Origin: Chrysomallon squamiferum
Lineage: Eukaryota > Animalia > Mollusca
NCBI GenBank assembly: GCA_012295275.1
Contig: CM022668.1
Location: 8,122,001-8,186,000 of the forward strand
Reading direction: 5' to 3'
Length of the DNA: 64,000 bases
The position numbers and the translations under genes are program-made. Shown here in pieces: positions 1 through 64,000 of the stretch. The first letter of the stretch is position 1. Every line of letters begins with the position of its first letter. The notes under the pieces were generated by a model, which did no database searches, was not told the DNA's origin, and saw only the letters and a list, made by a program, of their open reading frames with translations.

Positions 1-17
1 TTTAATGTTTAATGTGT

Positions 18-76
18 TTATCCACGTTTGTACATAAGAATGATTTTAAAAATATATATCGAGTACTGATCTTGAA
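18..76 (-). CDS. Possible terminal coding exon (VQDQYSIYIFKIILMYKRG*)
   Basis: Acceptor TTATTTCCAG| at 78/77; the phase-1 frame runs to TAA at 20-18. Composition is intron-like, so support is weak. Confidence 0.3.
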
Positions 77-224
77 CTGGAAATAATGAATAGTAATTAA
101 TGACATAGTTATCATTATGACTATCAATTGATCACATCACAGATTTAACATTTAATGTGTCTATATCAATTTGAATGGTTAAGGCACATTTGATAGCTCG
201 TTTTCAGTCATAAAATATACTTAC

Positions 225-9004
<8,780 letters not shown>

Positions 9005-10017
9005 GCCATGAATAAAGTTGATAATTTTTATTTTTTATTTTTAACTTAACAGATCTCGCCACGCAGATAGTTGTTATACTTTAATGTCAGTTCAAAGCAG
9101 CTCGCCCATTGAAACCCGCGCAGCGATCTCGTCTGGTGTCACTAGCTGTCGTCTGCCAGAACAGACGTGACATGTCTGTAGACACGTGTCACAAAAAACT
9201 AACATAAATTAACGTGGACTCGCAAGTGTGTAAGGATAATGCGTTCTTAATGAATTATTAGCAAAGTCGACGTACTACAGTTTGCAAACATGTGTCCATA
9301 AACTAATCTTGTCCGCTTAATACCTTTTCAAATAGTTCATCGCTTTTGTACAAGGTCAGTGTTATTAAACTCTGACATGTATTGAGTTGAGAGAGAGAGA
9401 GAGAGAGAGAGAGAGGGAAATGGATGGAGATTAGTAAAAAATAGCATCCATGTAGGCTAACTGACAGACAGACAGATGGCAGATATTTATACATACAAAG
9501 GGTGTTGCTTTGTAGATTCGTACATAATTCACGCAAAGTATATGTTTTATATTTAAATGAATGCATGTACGTTTACATATGTGCTATTTTGCGTCTTTTT
9601 TCTCCACGCTCAGTTGTTACGGAAAGGAGACATATTTAACAACACATCTGTTGTAAACCAGAATAACTCCGCAGTCTTCCTGCTCCTTAAATAGTTTTGC
9701 GTTGTGTATTTTATCACGAACATGCGGTAATAAAAGCATCAACCACAACGACGTTTGTCACAGGTAACAAAGCAACACTGTTGGCTTAGAATGTTGTCAA
9801 CGTTGATGGTGTGGAATTATAACTATTAGCTGATTATAATAATTAATGACGCAATATAACTCGTCATGTTTATTGTGTTATGTACAGAAATGACGTTATT
9901 TTATAACTTGTTATGTTTTATGATAATTATTTAAATGTAAACACAAACAACTGAATATTCTTTGTTTATTCTGTTTAAACTAAATTTTTGAATACCATAC
10001 TTTGACTAAACGGATAT

Positions 10018-10940
10018 TGTGTGTACGTGCTAACTCTCTGTCTGAACTAGATGTCTGTGTGTACGGTCAAACTGTATGTCTAAACCAGGTGTCTGTGTGT
10101 ACGGGCAAACTGTCTGTCTAAACCAGGTGTCTGTGTGTACGGGCAAACTGTCTGTTTAAACCAGGTGTCTGTGTGTACGGTCAAACTGTCTGTCTAAACC
10201 AGGTGTCTGTGTGTACGGTCAAACTGTCTGTCTAAACCAGGTGTCTGTGTGTACGGTCAAACTGTCTGTCTAAACAAGATGTCTGTGTGTACGGGCAAAC
10301 TGTCTGTCTAAACCAGGTGTCTGTGTGTACGGGCAAACGGTCTGTCTAAACTAGATGTCTGTGTGTACGGTCAAACTGTCTGTCTAAACTAGATGTCTGT
10401 GTGTACGGGCAAACTCTCTGTCTAAACTAGATGTCTGTGTGTACGGTCAAACTGTCTGTCTAAAATAGATGTATGTGTGTACGGGCAAACTCTCTGTCTA
10501 AACTAGATGTCTGTGTGTACGGGCAAACTCTCTGTCTAAACTAGATGTCTGTGTGTACGGTCAAACGGTCTGTCTAAACTAGATGTCTGTGTGTACGGGC
10601 AAACTCTCTGTCTAAACTAGATGTCTGTGTGTACGGGCAAACTCTCTGTCTAAACTAGATGTCTGTGTGTACGGGCAAACTCTCTGTCTAAACTAGATGT
10701 CTGTGTGTACGGTCAAACTCTCTGTCTAAACTAGATGTCTGTGTGTACGGGCAAACACTGTCTAAACTAGATGTCTGTGTGTACGGTCAAACTGTCTGTC
10801 TAAACTAGATGTCTGTGTGTACGGTCAAATTCTCTGTCTAAACTAGATGTCTGTGTGTACGGGCAAACTGTCTGTCTAAACTAGATGTCTGTGTGTACGG
10901 GCAAACTCTGTCTAAACTAGATGTCTGTGTGTACGGGCAA
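10018..10940. repeat. 38-bp minisatellite, ~24 copies, intergenic
   Basis: Unit GTCTGTGTGTACGG(G/T)CAAACT(G/C)TCTGTCTAAAC(TAGAT/CAGGT); period 38 (e.g. 10091 to 10129). Confidence 0.95.
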
Positions 10941-11562
10941 CGTCTACGGCAATTTTCTGGCTTTCTGACTTTCTGTTTTTCAAAGAGTTGTTCATCTAGC
11001 ACAGAGGTTGACAAACGTTTTTAATCTCCTTTGATGATGCCATAAGAATCCAGTGAAAATTTTGATATTAAATTCTTTATAAATCTATTTCAGGAAGTGT
11101 TTTTAGTTTCATTGGTTTTTTTTTTTTTTTGTTTCTTTAATAATAGTGATTACGGCATTGTATAAACAATATTTTACAATTAATCAAATACATGACATTT
11201 TTTTTTGTATTTAATACTGAACGAAAATAGAATATTACTCAGTTTGAAATGTCAGATATTGTAGGACATTAAAGATATGTACTTCCTTAAAAACAATAAA
11301 ACAATAAACAAATAAATAAATAAATTATAATAGCAACAACAACGACATCAGCAATAAAATAATAATACTAATAATAACAATTAAATGAAAAATCTCAACA
11401 AAACAGAAAAAAAAATAAAAATAAAAAGGAAAAAAAAAAAATAATAGCTTAAATAAAATGAGTTTATTTTGGGTTGGGTTTTGTATGGCCAACATATTAT
11501 TCTTATATTCTGAAATTCATTCCTAGAATGGTTATCTAAAATATAGATAGCTTATAGCTGCA

Positions 11563-11698
11563 GGCCAGTGTAAACTTTAGTGCAGTTCACTGCTTAATTT
11601 AAATGAAGAGAAAACAGTATTTTTACATATCACCCCTTGTCTGTTCATGTTTGACTGACGATGTTTACTTTTGTGAATTAGTAAATTTCACACTGGTC
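11563..11698. mobile_element. Possible tiny MITE / inverted-repeat element
   Basis: GGCCAGTGTAAACTTTA ... TAAATTTCACACTGGTC, 14/17 complementary; no clear TSD. Confidence 0.3.
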
Positions 11699-11797
11699 GA
11701 GTCAGATGTAGGTTAATTAATTACTACATGAAGTCACGAAATCGGGATGATGCATGACTCTTCCAACAAGAATCTCAAAGATAACGGCCTGAACTCA

Positions 11798-12054
11798 GGG
11801 GCAGATCGAGCTTTCCTCATGAGGGGGGATCCGTGAGAAAAAGAGCATTGTGAAAAGGCATACTGAAAAATTACACATGGTTCACATGAATCATAACACA
11901 ACAGAGACACTGACTGACTTATTCTACAGTGTTCTATACACTCACAGAAAATGCCAATTTTTGTAAAAGACCTAAAAATCCTAAATAAAAGGGGATCTTC
12001 TCAAATTTGAGGTGAGGTCCGAACACCTTGGACCACCTCCTCTAGATCCGCCCC
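11798..12054. mobile_element. MITE with GGGGC(A/G)GATC TIRs (PIF/Harbinger-like)
   Basis: GGGGCAGATCGAG ... CTAGATCCGCCCC inverted ends; flanks TCA/AGA could be a decayed 3-bp TSD. Confidence 0.6.
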
Positions 12055-12198
12055 AGAAGCTTTTCTGCTTCTGGAAAGGTGCTTATTAAAAATGCATTGC
12101 TTTTTATCAGTATGAAGAATCCTTGTCTGTTTATTTAGTTATATTTTAACAACTACGACAGTCTCTGTCTATCTCTCCATCTCTCTCACACTGACTTC

Positions 12199-12278
<80 letters not shown>

Positions 12279-12284
12279 TTTTAT

Positions 12285-12326
12285 ATCATGAAACAACAAA
12301 CAAAAACTGTGCATAATTAATTTATT
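12285..12326 (-). terminator. Candidate polyadenylation site of the full-length Trio/Kalirin transcript
   Basis: Minus strand AATAAA (12326-12321) followed ~14 nt later by GTTTTTGTTTGTTGTTT, a GU-rich downstream element. Other AATAAA hexamers exist upstream. Confidence 0.35.
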
Positions 12327-12515
12327 TTAAAAACACCATATCGGGATATTAAGAGAAATAATATATTACATGTCTGTAGGTAAATTATGCAGTGACTGAA
12401 CGCGGTACATCACAGTTGTCATGGTAACAGAAAAACAATTAAACTACGTCATTCAGTACATCATGCAGTCAATACTAATGGACACAAAATCCATTTATCT
12501 TAAGCTAGATATATT

Positions 12516-12551
<36 letters not shown>

Positions 12552-12552
12552 T

Positions 12553-12589
<37 letters not shown>

Positions 12590-13055
12590 TGAACAAACTG
12601 GAGAATCATTCAAAATAAATTTCAACAAATAATTTTAAAAATATTTTTAATGTTTTATATACTGATGTGTTGTTTTCTTTTTTTTCTTAAATTATCTAAC
12701 ATTTATTCTTTGAATAGTTGTGAAATGTTTTAACATTTGTTTATCACCAAATATTTTGTCTGAGATTTATTTATTTATTTATTTATTTATTTATTCATTT
12801 ATTATTACTGTGTGTTTTTTTACATATGTATGAAATACTTTATGTTCATAGAAAAGGATATTTGGGATTTTAAGTAATTTTATACAATAACACAGATTTA
12901 AAATTAAATGAAATGGAATTACTGTATAAACTTGTAAGTAAATGAATAAAATAAATAATCCATGAAATATAATAAAATTGTAAACTGAGGGAAAATAAGC
13001 ACAGAAATATTGAGATAAATGGGGGTAAAAACATTAAAAAAAAATAAAAAACTTA

Positions 13056-13098
<43 letters not shown>

Positions 13099-13349
13099 AA
13101 AAAAAATAAAAAATATAAATGAAAACAAAAATTATAATAAAGATATTTGAAATTGTACAAAAAATATAAGCTCTAAAGTTTTATTAAGAATTATTATAAG
13201 TATCTTTCCATAAAAGAATTGTATGTAATAATAATAATAATAATAATAATAACAGGCAACCTCCAGGGATATATTCTCTGAATTATAAATTATAACATGT
13301 TTAGATGTGTGTGATATGTAGATATCTCAACATACAGTAACGAATGAAG

Positions 13350-13590
13350 AGAAAACATTAACTAACTTACTAACATTATAACAACTAATTTAGTAATTTG
13401 ATGTTAACAGTCAACTAGTTCAGTAACATTTTAACAGCTAATTAAATTATATGAAGTTAAACACTAACTCACTAATTTACTAACTTGATATTAACAATTA
13501 ACTTACTAATTTGCAAACATGATGTTAAACACTAACTCACTAATTTACTAACTTCATGTGAACAGTTAACTTATTTGCAAACATTATGCT
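13350..13590. repeat. Degenerate ~30-bp tandem repeat
   Basis: Recurring AACACTAACTCACTAATTTACTAACTT-like units. Confidence 0.6.
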
Positions 13591-13785
13591 TTTTTTGTCA
13601 GGGAATATTTACTATGTGAAGATAAAAAAATATAAAAAATAATTAAAAACAAATTCTCAGATATGAAAGAAATTGAATTTAAGTAAATAAAATGAATTAA
13701 ATATCAATAGACAGTGAATTGGATAAAAATGTAAAAAAACACACCAAAACCAGCAACCCAAAAACAAATGAATAAATAAAATTAA

Positions 13786-13881
<96 letters not shown>

Positions 13882-15865
13882 ATTACTGAATGACTAGCAT
13901 TAACACATACAATTTTTTCAAACGTTTTGTTATAGAATAAATAAATTTGATTACTGCCATTGAATAACACTATTTCTGTACTGAAATATTATACACAATT
14001 AAATGTATTTAAATCATTTTTTACTAGCTTGGATTATTCTTGGTATGTACATCTTGGTGAATGATTCTGCAGAAGCAAAAAAAATGAAATAAAATAAAAT
14101 AAAATAAAATAAATAATAAAAAATAAAAAACCCAACATAACAAAAGACAAAAAATCCAAAGAACATAGACTTGAAGAACTATAATAACAAACACTATTTT
14201 TTTTTAATTATATATATATATAATAAAAAGTATAAATAAAATAAAACAAAATTAAAAATATCAACTTATTATACACAAATAACTTAAAACCATTTTTTTT
14301 TTTAATAAAAACTTGTATTTTGACTAGATGAAATATTTTAAATTCCATTTTCTTATTTAAAATAATAATAATTAAAAGTAGAAAAGAAAATTAAAAAGTA
14401 TAACAAACCTAGCTTTACTTAACTAGCAAAGGGTAATAAAATATTAAACTTTTCCTAAAATTCTGACATTTGTACAAGTTATTACATATTTACAATATAA
14501 AACACATCAGCAGTTTTAAAAAACAAAACACAAACATTCATGAAGCTCAAATGGCATAAATAACAAAGCACATTATTAACAAGAGCATCAATATCAGGCC
14601 CATAACAAATGTGCTTGGACCTTTGTATCCAGTTACATACAGTGGATAAGGTTACAGACTATCAAATCATATCAAAAGTTTGTTTCCAAAGATATCATCA
14701 ATTTACTGTGATCCCAGTTTGCAATATTAGAGAGTTATTTTATTTTCCTTGTTTACATAGTTAAAGATATAGATGCAGTGATAGAAATAGTGGAGTGCTC
14801 CTCTACTTTTTAATTTCTAATTTGTACTAGTATGGAGTCAGAGATGTTTATTACTTAATCTCTGTCAAGTTTCTAGCTATTAAAATTAATTTGTTTATTT
14901 TTTATGATTATACTTGCATATTTTACTCTGAAAAGTGTGATAAATAACACATGTATTAAGACATCTTATGAAAAATAAAAAACAGTCTTTAATGAACTAA
15001 TAATATTTTAAACAATATTCTAGAATTGGAAATTGTTACAATAGGGATGAATTAGGATAGGTTAACAGATAATTCAATACTGTTTCTCTCTTCTGCCACC
15101 CAGTAACAAACTTCATTGTCACAAAAAAGTTGCTATACAGACTCTTATAATAAAGATCTAGACCATTTGATTCCCAATCTCAGCCTCACAGACCTTAGTG
15201 TCCTTTGTTTCTAAAACTTATTTCCACCACTGCTTAAACACTGAAATTCATGAAATAGATGAATGGAACATAATAAAGTTTATTAACTGAAATTTGGTAA
15301 AAACTTTTAATTTTATTCAATGGAAACTATTTACATCTGGTTCTGTTTTTCTAAACTGGCAGATTTTCAAGTAGTGATATTAGAAAAATGAAAGTCTTGA
15401 TGTCACTGGAAAAGAAGCAAATCATACTTATTAATATGAGAATGAACCTTTAATTTTCACATTACTGCTGATAGATAGTCTTTAGACAGATCCACTACAA
15501 ACATGCTTAAACTCTTCACATTTCACATTGTTGAAAACAGCATGAATTTAACAATGAACATATCTGTAATAAAAAATGAAGTCCATGAAGATACTTGGAC
15601 CATTCTGTTACTACTTGACAATGAACATGACTAGCAAACTGCCTCATCTGATGTCTACGTCAGCAGGTAAAACAGTTAATGATGTCATGGTAGATCTCAA
15701 TACTATTAGGAAAGTTAAAGTATTTACAACATACATTAACATAGGGTAGATTTATCTACTTGATACATAACTAAAGTTTATATATATATATGGAACTCTA
15801 GTTATATTTATATATATATAATTGAACTCTAGTTATATATATATATATATATATGTGAACTCTAG

Positions 15866-15900
<35 letters not shown>

Positions 15901-17374
15901 TGTTATTACAGGGTTTTTAATGATGCAAAATAAAAAACCACATTTTAAACAATTTTACTGCATAGCTCTATGATTTTAACAAACATAAATAATCTTCTTT
16001 TAGTATGTTAATATACCACAAATATTTTATAAAAAATGATATATTAAAATACTAGGTATTCATGATAAATTAAACTTTTAATACACCAATACTAAACACA
16101 ACTGATATTAAAGACATAAAAATCTCATACTTGGTACATTTCTGTTATAAAACACTTTTTTTGTTGTTGTTTTCATTCTGTACCATATTTAATATTACAC
16201 AAGCAGTTCACACATGTATTAAGCAATCTCTAACTTTCTGCTGTTTATATGTCTGCATAAACACCATTATCATCTACAGAACTCACTTTACAAATACATG
16301 CTAACATTTGTAATATGTATCTGTGATGTTCTGAACAGTCTAAATTCATTTTGTAAGCTTCATTGCTACTATTTGGTACTTAATCTTAAGATCATAACAT
16401 GTCTGTAATGTAGAGAAAACTATTTGTTATATAATCTGCTATTTATAAAAAAGCATCTTTCAATCTGAAGGTATCAGCTAAAACATTTTCCCCTCTTTAT
16501 GGGTAAAGGTTAAAAAAGACACATACTATAAAAGTGTGTTCACAGGCTTGAATAAAAATAGCAAAAATAATTATCTAAATGTATCTCTAACTAAAATCAG
16601 AAACACCTGACATTTCTATGTTATGCTGGACAAACACACATACACACACACAAGCACAAGCACACGCACACACACACATGCAAGAAACACACACATGGTT
16701 TGATTAAGATCTCAACTGTTTTGACACATTTGGAAGTATGATATATAAAATATACACAAAAACAATTCTCTAAAGATGATTTTGCAATGTAAAATATTTT
16801 AAATAAAAAATTTATAAACACATTTTAAGATAAAAGATTTTTTCTAAATATTCTCTGCACTCTGTAATTTAATTCTGTTATTATTATTTTTTTTATAACT
16901 AATAATAATTTAGGGAAGAGTTTTCTACAGTTTACTTAAAAATATGTTTTCTACTAATCTAATGTAAAATATGTAACATTTTTCATATCAAAAGTCACAA
17001 ACAACAAACAAAAATCTATAAATGTTGTATGAACTGGTAATAGTGTAAAACTTTTCACTCAGAAAATTATAAAAAAGCAAAAACAGTGGCAAGAAAGCTC
17101 AATCCTGAGAACTCCTTGGTACATTTATTGACTGGTAGAGTCGGTCTATGTTTTTTTTCAACCAATCACATTCAGCATTGGTTCTCATCCACAACAGCCA
17201 TCCAATCATGAAGAAGCTTTTATGAAGTCTGTAGAAGTTCTGTATTCAGACAGATTAATGAAAAATGTATTTATTCTGTGAGCCAATCAGAAATGGTTTT
17301 ATGAAACTGCAGTCCAGTCACTGCTGGTGTACTTTGTAAAGAATAATCAGAAGACAAAATGAGATTGTGTAGCT

Positions 17375-60573
<43,199 letters not shown>

Positions 60574-61884
60574 CTGGAACAAGAGGATAAAAAAGAAAGA
60601 AAAAGGGGAACACAGAGAGCTCCTAATACATTCTTACTATGTGACATGAATAAATAAGCTAATAAATTCTGTGTTTTCTATATTTCTGTTAACCTTTGTT
60701 AATTATAAAATGTGAAAACAACAAAGCAAACATTTTGTAATTTTGGCTGTCATTTTCTTTCCTATGTGGTTTTTAAAAAAAAAAAAATAATAATAATAAT
60801 GTTTTTAATATATTTACCTAAGCATTAATTATATATAATTTTTCCTTTCTTTCATTTGTTTCTTTCTTTAATGATACATACATATATATAAATATATTTA
60901 ATCACTTTGGTAATTCTAAAAATTATATATACAAATATAAATCCCATTTCCTATACTCTTCAGTACTTGAAGATCAAGAGAGATTTATTTGAAATCTGCT
61001 GCACCCATATTCTTTACCAATTACAGGAAGATCCAGAATAAACAATACTGACAGGTTCTTTATCAAAGAGAAACATTTAGATAATGATATAAAAACAAAA
61101 CACATCAAATTACAAAATGTATACATTTAAGTAGATTTGTCTGTATGTTAATGACTGTAAGCAGAGAGTATATACAAACACTGCAAGGTAAACTACGAGG
61201 GAAATATCCAACAGTCTGTCATATATTTTAAAGATAAATACAAGATTATTACACCTATCACCTGAGATATGATTCTGTACAAATATGTTTTACAATTTAT
61301 TTTTGTTAACATCAAGAATAAATATTAGTTATCCTACATCAGTACATGACAAGTACATAAATGAATCAATCTTGGTAATACTGTATTTAATTAATTACTT
61401 TCCTAACAGTCTTTAACATGATTATTTTTTATCACAGAACAGAAGTTATGAAAATAAATAATTTCAGATGAACTTCAGAACAACCATATTGAGGGTCTTA
61501 GATCATACTGAAATTAAGGAAATAACATAATAATTATATTTTTTATTTACACTGTATTAAAATATATAAATGAAAAAATATTAGATTTGTCATGCAATTT
61601 CAATTCTTAGATATGAAACTGCAATCATGGGTAAGTATACAGAAAATTACTTTTTTTTTCTTGATCTGAATATGCATACCGTTAAGGAAATATTCTGTCT
61701 GTGATGCATTGAACCCAGAGGCAAGCAGCCAAACTGGTCAGAGTTGTAAATACAGCAGATTTCAAACAAGAAAGTAAACTTGCTGAAAAATCAATACTGA
61801 ATATTGCAGAAGATCAAGACACACACTGACAGATTTCTTCATTAAACATGGCTGTCTGGTACTGCTTAACAGCTCTGTAGCTCA

Positions 61885-62195
61885 AATTTAACTTATTTCT
61901 GTATTATATTTTTACTGTCACAAATAATGTTACACAGTAATATATACAGTAACATATTTCTGTACCAAATTTATACCATTAAAGAGAATATTACACAGTA
62001 ATATATAGCTGCATACTTAACATATTTCTGTATTATATTACACTGTTACAAAGAATGTTACTGTAATATATAGTAATATACTTAACATATTTCTGTTATA
62101 TTTATAGTGTTATAAAGAATGTTACTGTAATATGTAGTAACATATTTAACATATTTCCTGTATTTATACTGTGTTATGAAGAATGTTACTTAATG
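61885..62195. repeat. Degenerate ~60-bp tandem repeat
   Basis: Recurring TAACATATTTCTGTA...AAGAATGTTACTGTAATATAT. Confidence 0.7.
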
Positions 62196-63589
62196 ATACA
62201 CATTTATTTAATGCTTTTAGTTTATTACATAAATGTAGAGAACCTTGACTGTGTTAATGTGTATGTGTATGTCTGAGTGTGCATGCATACAGAGACAGAA
62301 GAATAGGAGTATGGATTATATAATATTTAAAATCAGTGACATTGCTAAAGTAACTAAGGATGCAAGTAATGTATGGTGTACTTGTTCTAAGAAGCCACTT
62401 GAGAAATGAAACACTATCCACCTGCCTTCTTTAGCTTAGTTAACTATTGGCTACAACTCAAACCAACCAACACTTAAGTTTTTTGTTAAAATAATATACA
62501 AATTGTCTATCAAAGAACTATTCCAAAAAAAAAAAAAATAAAAAATAATAATAATAATAATAAAAAAAAAAAAAATAAAAGGAAGTAAAAAAAATAATAA
62601 TAAAGAAATATGTAGAAAAAAAAAAAATAAAATAAAACAATAACATACATTATAGATGTGTTTTTATGATGTGTCTGGGTTATTCTTCTGCTTACATGTG
62701 TTTGAATGTACTGTTTTATAATGTTTCCTTCCTTTCATTCTTCTTTTTCCTGCTTATTATCATATCAAATACAATTCAGACACTGTACAAATCAAACACA
62801 AGTAAAATATCATTTAATTTTTACACACACACACACACACAAACTGTCTGTCTGTCTGACTGTGTGTCTTCTCTTTTTCTCTTTCTCTCTCTCTCTCTTG
62901 CACACACCCACCCCCACACGCATACACATACTCTAATAAACACAGGAAACAATATCTCTGACAATTTATTTTCATGTTCACTAGACAAACATTGAAACAG
63001 ATTATAGAACCAGCTAATTAGCTCATGCTTCAGGATGGGATGTCCATGTAATTGCCAATATTTATTCATCTGTTTATTTAGAAATCTTCACAGCTACAAT
63101 GTCTGCATTACATTTGATATGATAACACTGTGACATGGGGCTAAAAAAAAAGATAATAAGGAAGGAAGCATTTTAAAACAATTGTTATATAGTGTTCTGT
63201 TTGATTTGCCTTATATTATCAGACACATTCAGTAACCACAGTATTTAAACTGAAAATGATGGGGATCTCAGTTTGCTTATTTCTTTTTGTGTTGTCATTG
63301 GTGTTATCACTGTTGTTGATTTGAAGTAGACATATTTTAAAATATTTTAAACAATATTTCATAATTTAATAAAAATTTGATTACAGACACTGATTGTTAT
63401 ACTGATTTCTATCCCTAATCAATTCCAAATAGCCATCTTATGTTCAAATAGTTTTTACCTGTACTCAAACCAAAATACCTCCCGACCCTACTTAAACCCA
63501 AATACCTATCTCCTGCTCACCACCCACAGACCTATAACCTAGTCAAACTAATTTTATCCTCTTGTATTAAAACTTATTTAAGATATCTA

Positions 63590-64000
63590 GAGAGAGATCT
63601 GATATCATTTGGTCTACTTAGTAGACTCTACTACTATTCAAGATATATATTATTACAATACTTTAAGTTACTGATAAAATCTTAACATCACACAGTCACC
63701 TCCTCTGGATCTACTGCACTCAAGATATATACTACTTAAAGATAATAAATTATTAAAGAGAAAAGGATGTCTTAACATCCCCCAATCACCCTTCAAGATC
63801 TAGGCTACTGTGAATCAAGAAGTATAGCACTTTAAAATATTAAATTACAGAGGGCAGTTGGATGTCTAAACATCCCAAAGTCATCTCCTACAGCCACTGC
63901 TCCTCAAGAAACATTGTTAATATACTCTGTTACTCAAGGAGAGAAGGATGCATAAACATTCCACAATCAGTTCCCTGCATGTACTGCTGCTCAAGATAAA
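63590..64000. repeat. Degenerate ~80-95-bp tandem repeat running off the window edge
   Basis: Recurring GGATGTCT.AACATCCC..ATCA.C...TACTGC..CTCAAGA. Confidence 0.6.

Noticed and set aside
17155-17295. Clustered CCAAT boxes (also ~33340-33440) as a promoter
   Set aside because: They lie in the presumed 3' UTR or intron with no CpG enrichment or downstream plus-strand gene; short motifs are not sufficient.

Overview
AT-rich, microsatellite-rich animal genomic DNA, most likely molluscan. The gastropod assignment is an inference from remembered SINE-like repeats and the TTAGGG-type repeats, not from a search. Two spliced genes lie on the minus strand. (1) At ~17.4-60.6 kb is the 3' half of a Trio/Kalirin-family RhoGEF-kinase gene (linker, DH2-PH2, SH3-2, Ig, FN3, CAMK-type kinase). 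I built 27 exons by hand; 25 are clear, one is scrambled and one is a candidate. The 5' half lies beyond the right edge. (2) At ~0.2-9.0 kb is an unrecognised secreted, repetitive low-complexity protein gene (signal peptide, VDTYGNTGTGS, GLGGGAGYGTGT and STQQQ repeats). All its introns are phase 1, it ends in symmetric micro-exons, one intron holds a 2-kb degenerate interstitial telomeric array and another a Tigger deletion derivative. Main oddities: the kinase catalytic-loop exon end plus splice donor is amplified ~15x as an intronic array whose distal unit keeps the more canonical HLDIK; the second Ig exon is scrambled; three 1-bp frameshifts occur; a kinase-less short isoform is probable; and CpG content differs sharply between the two genes. 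Nearly all ORFs in the supplied track are translated simple repeats.
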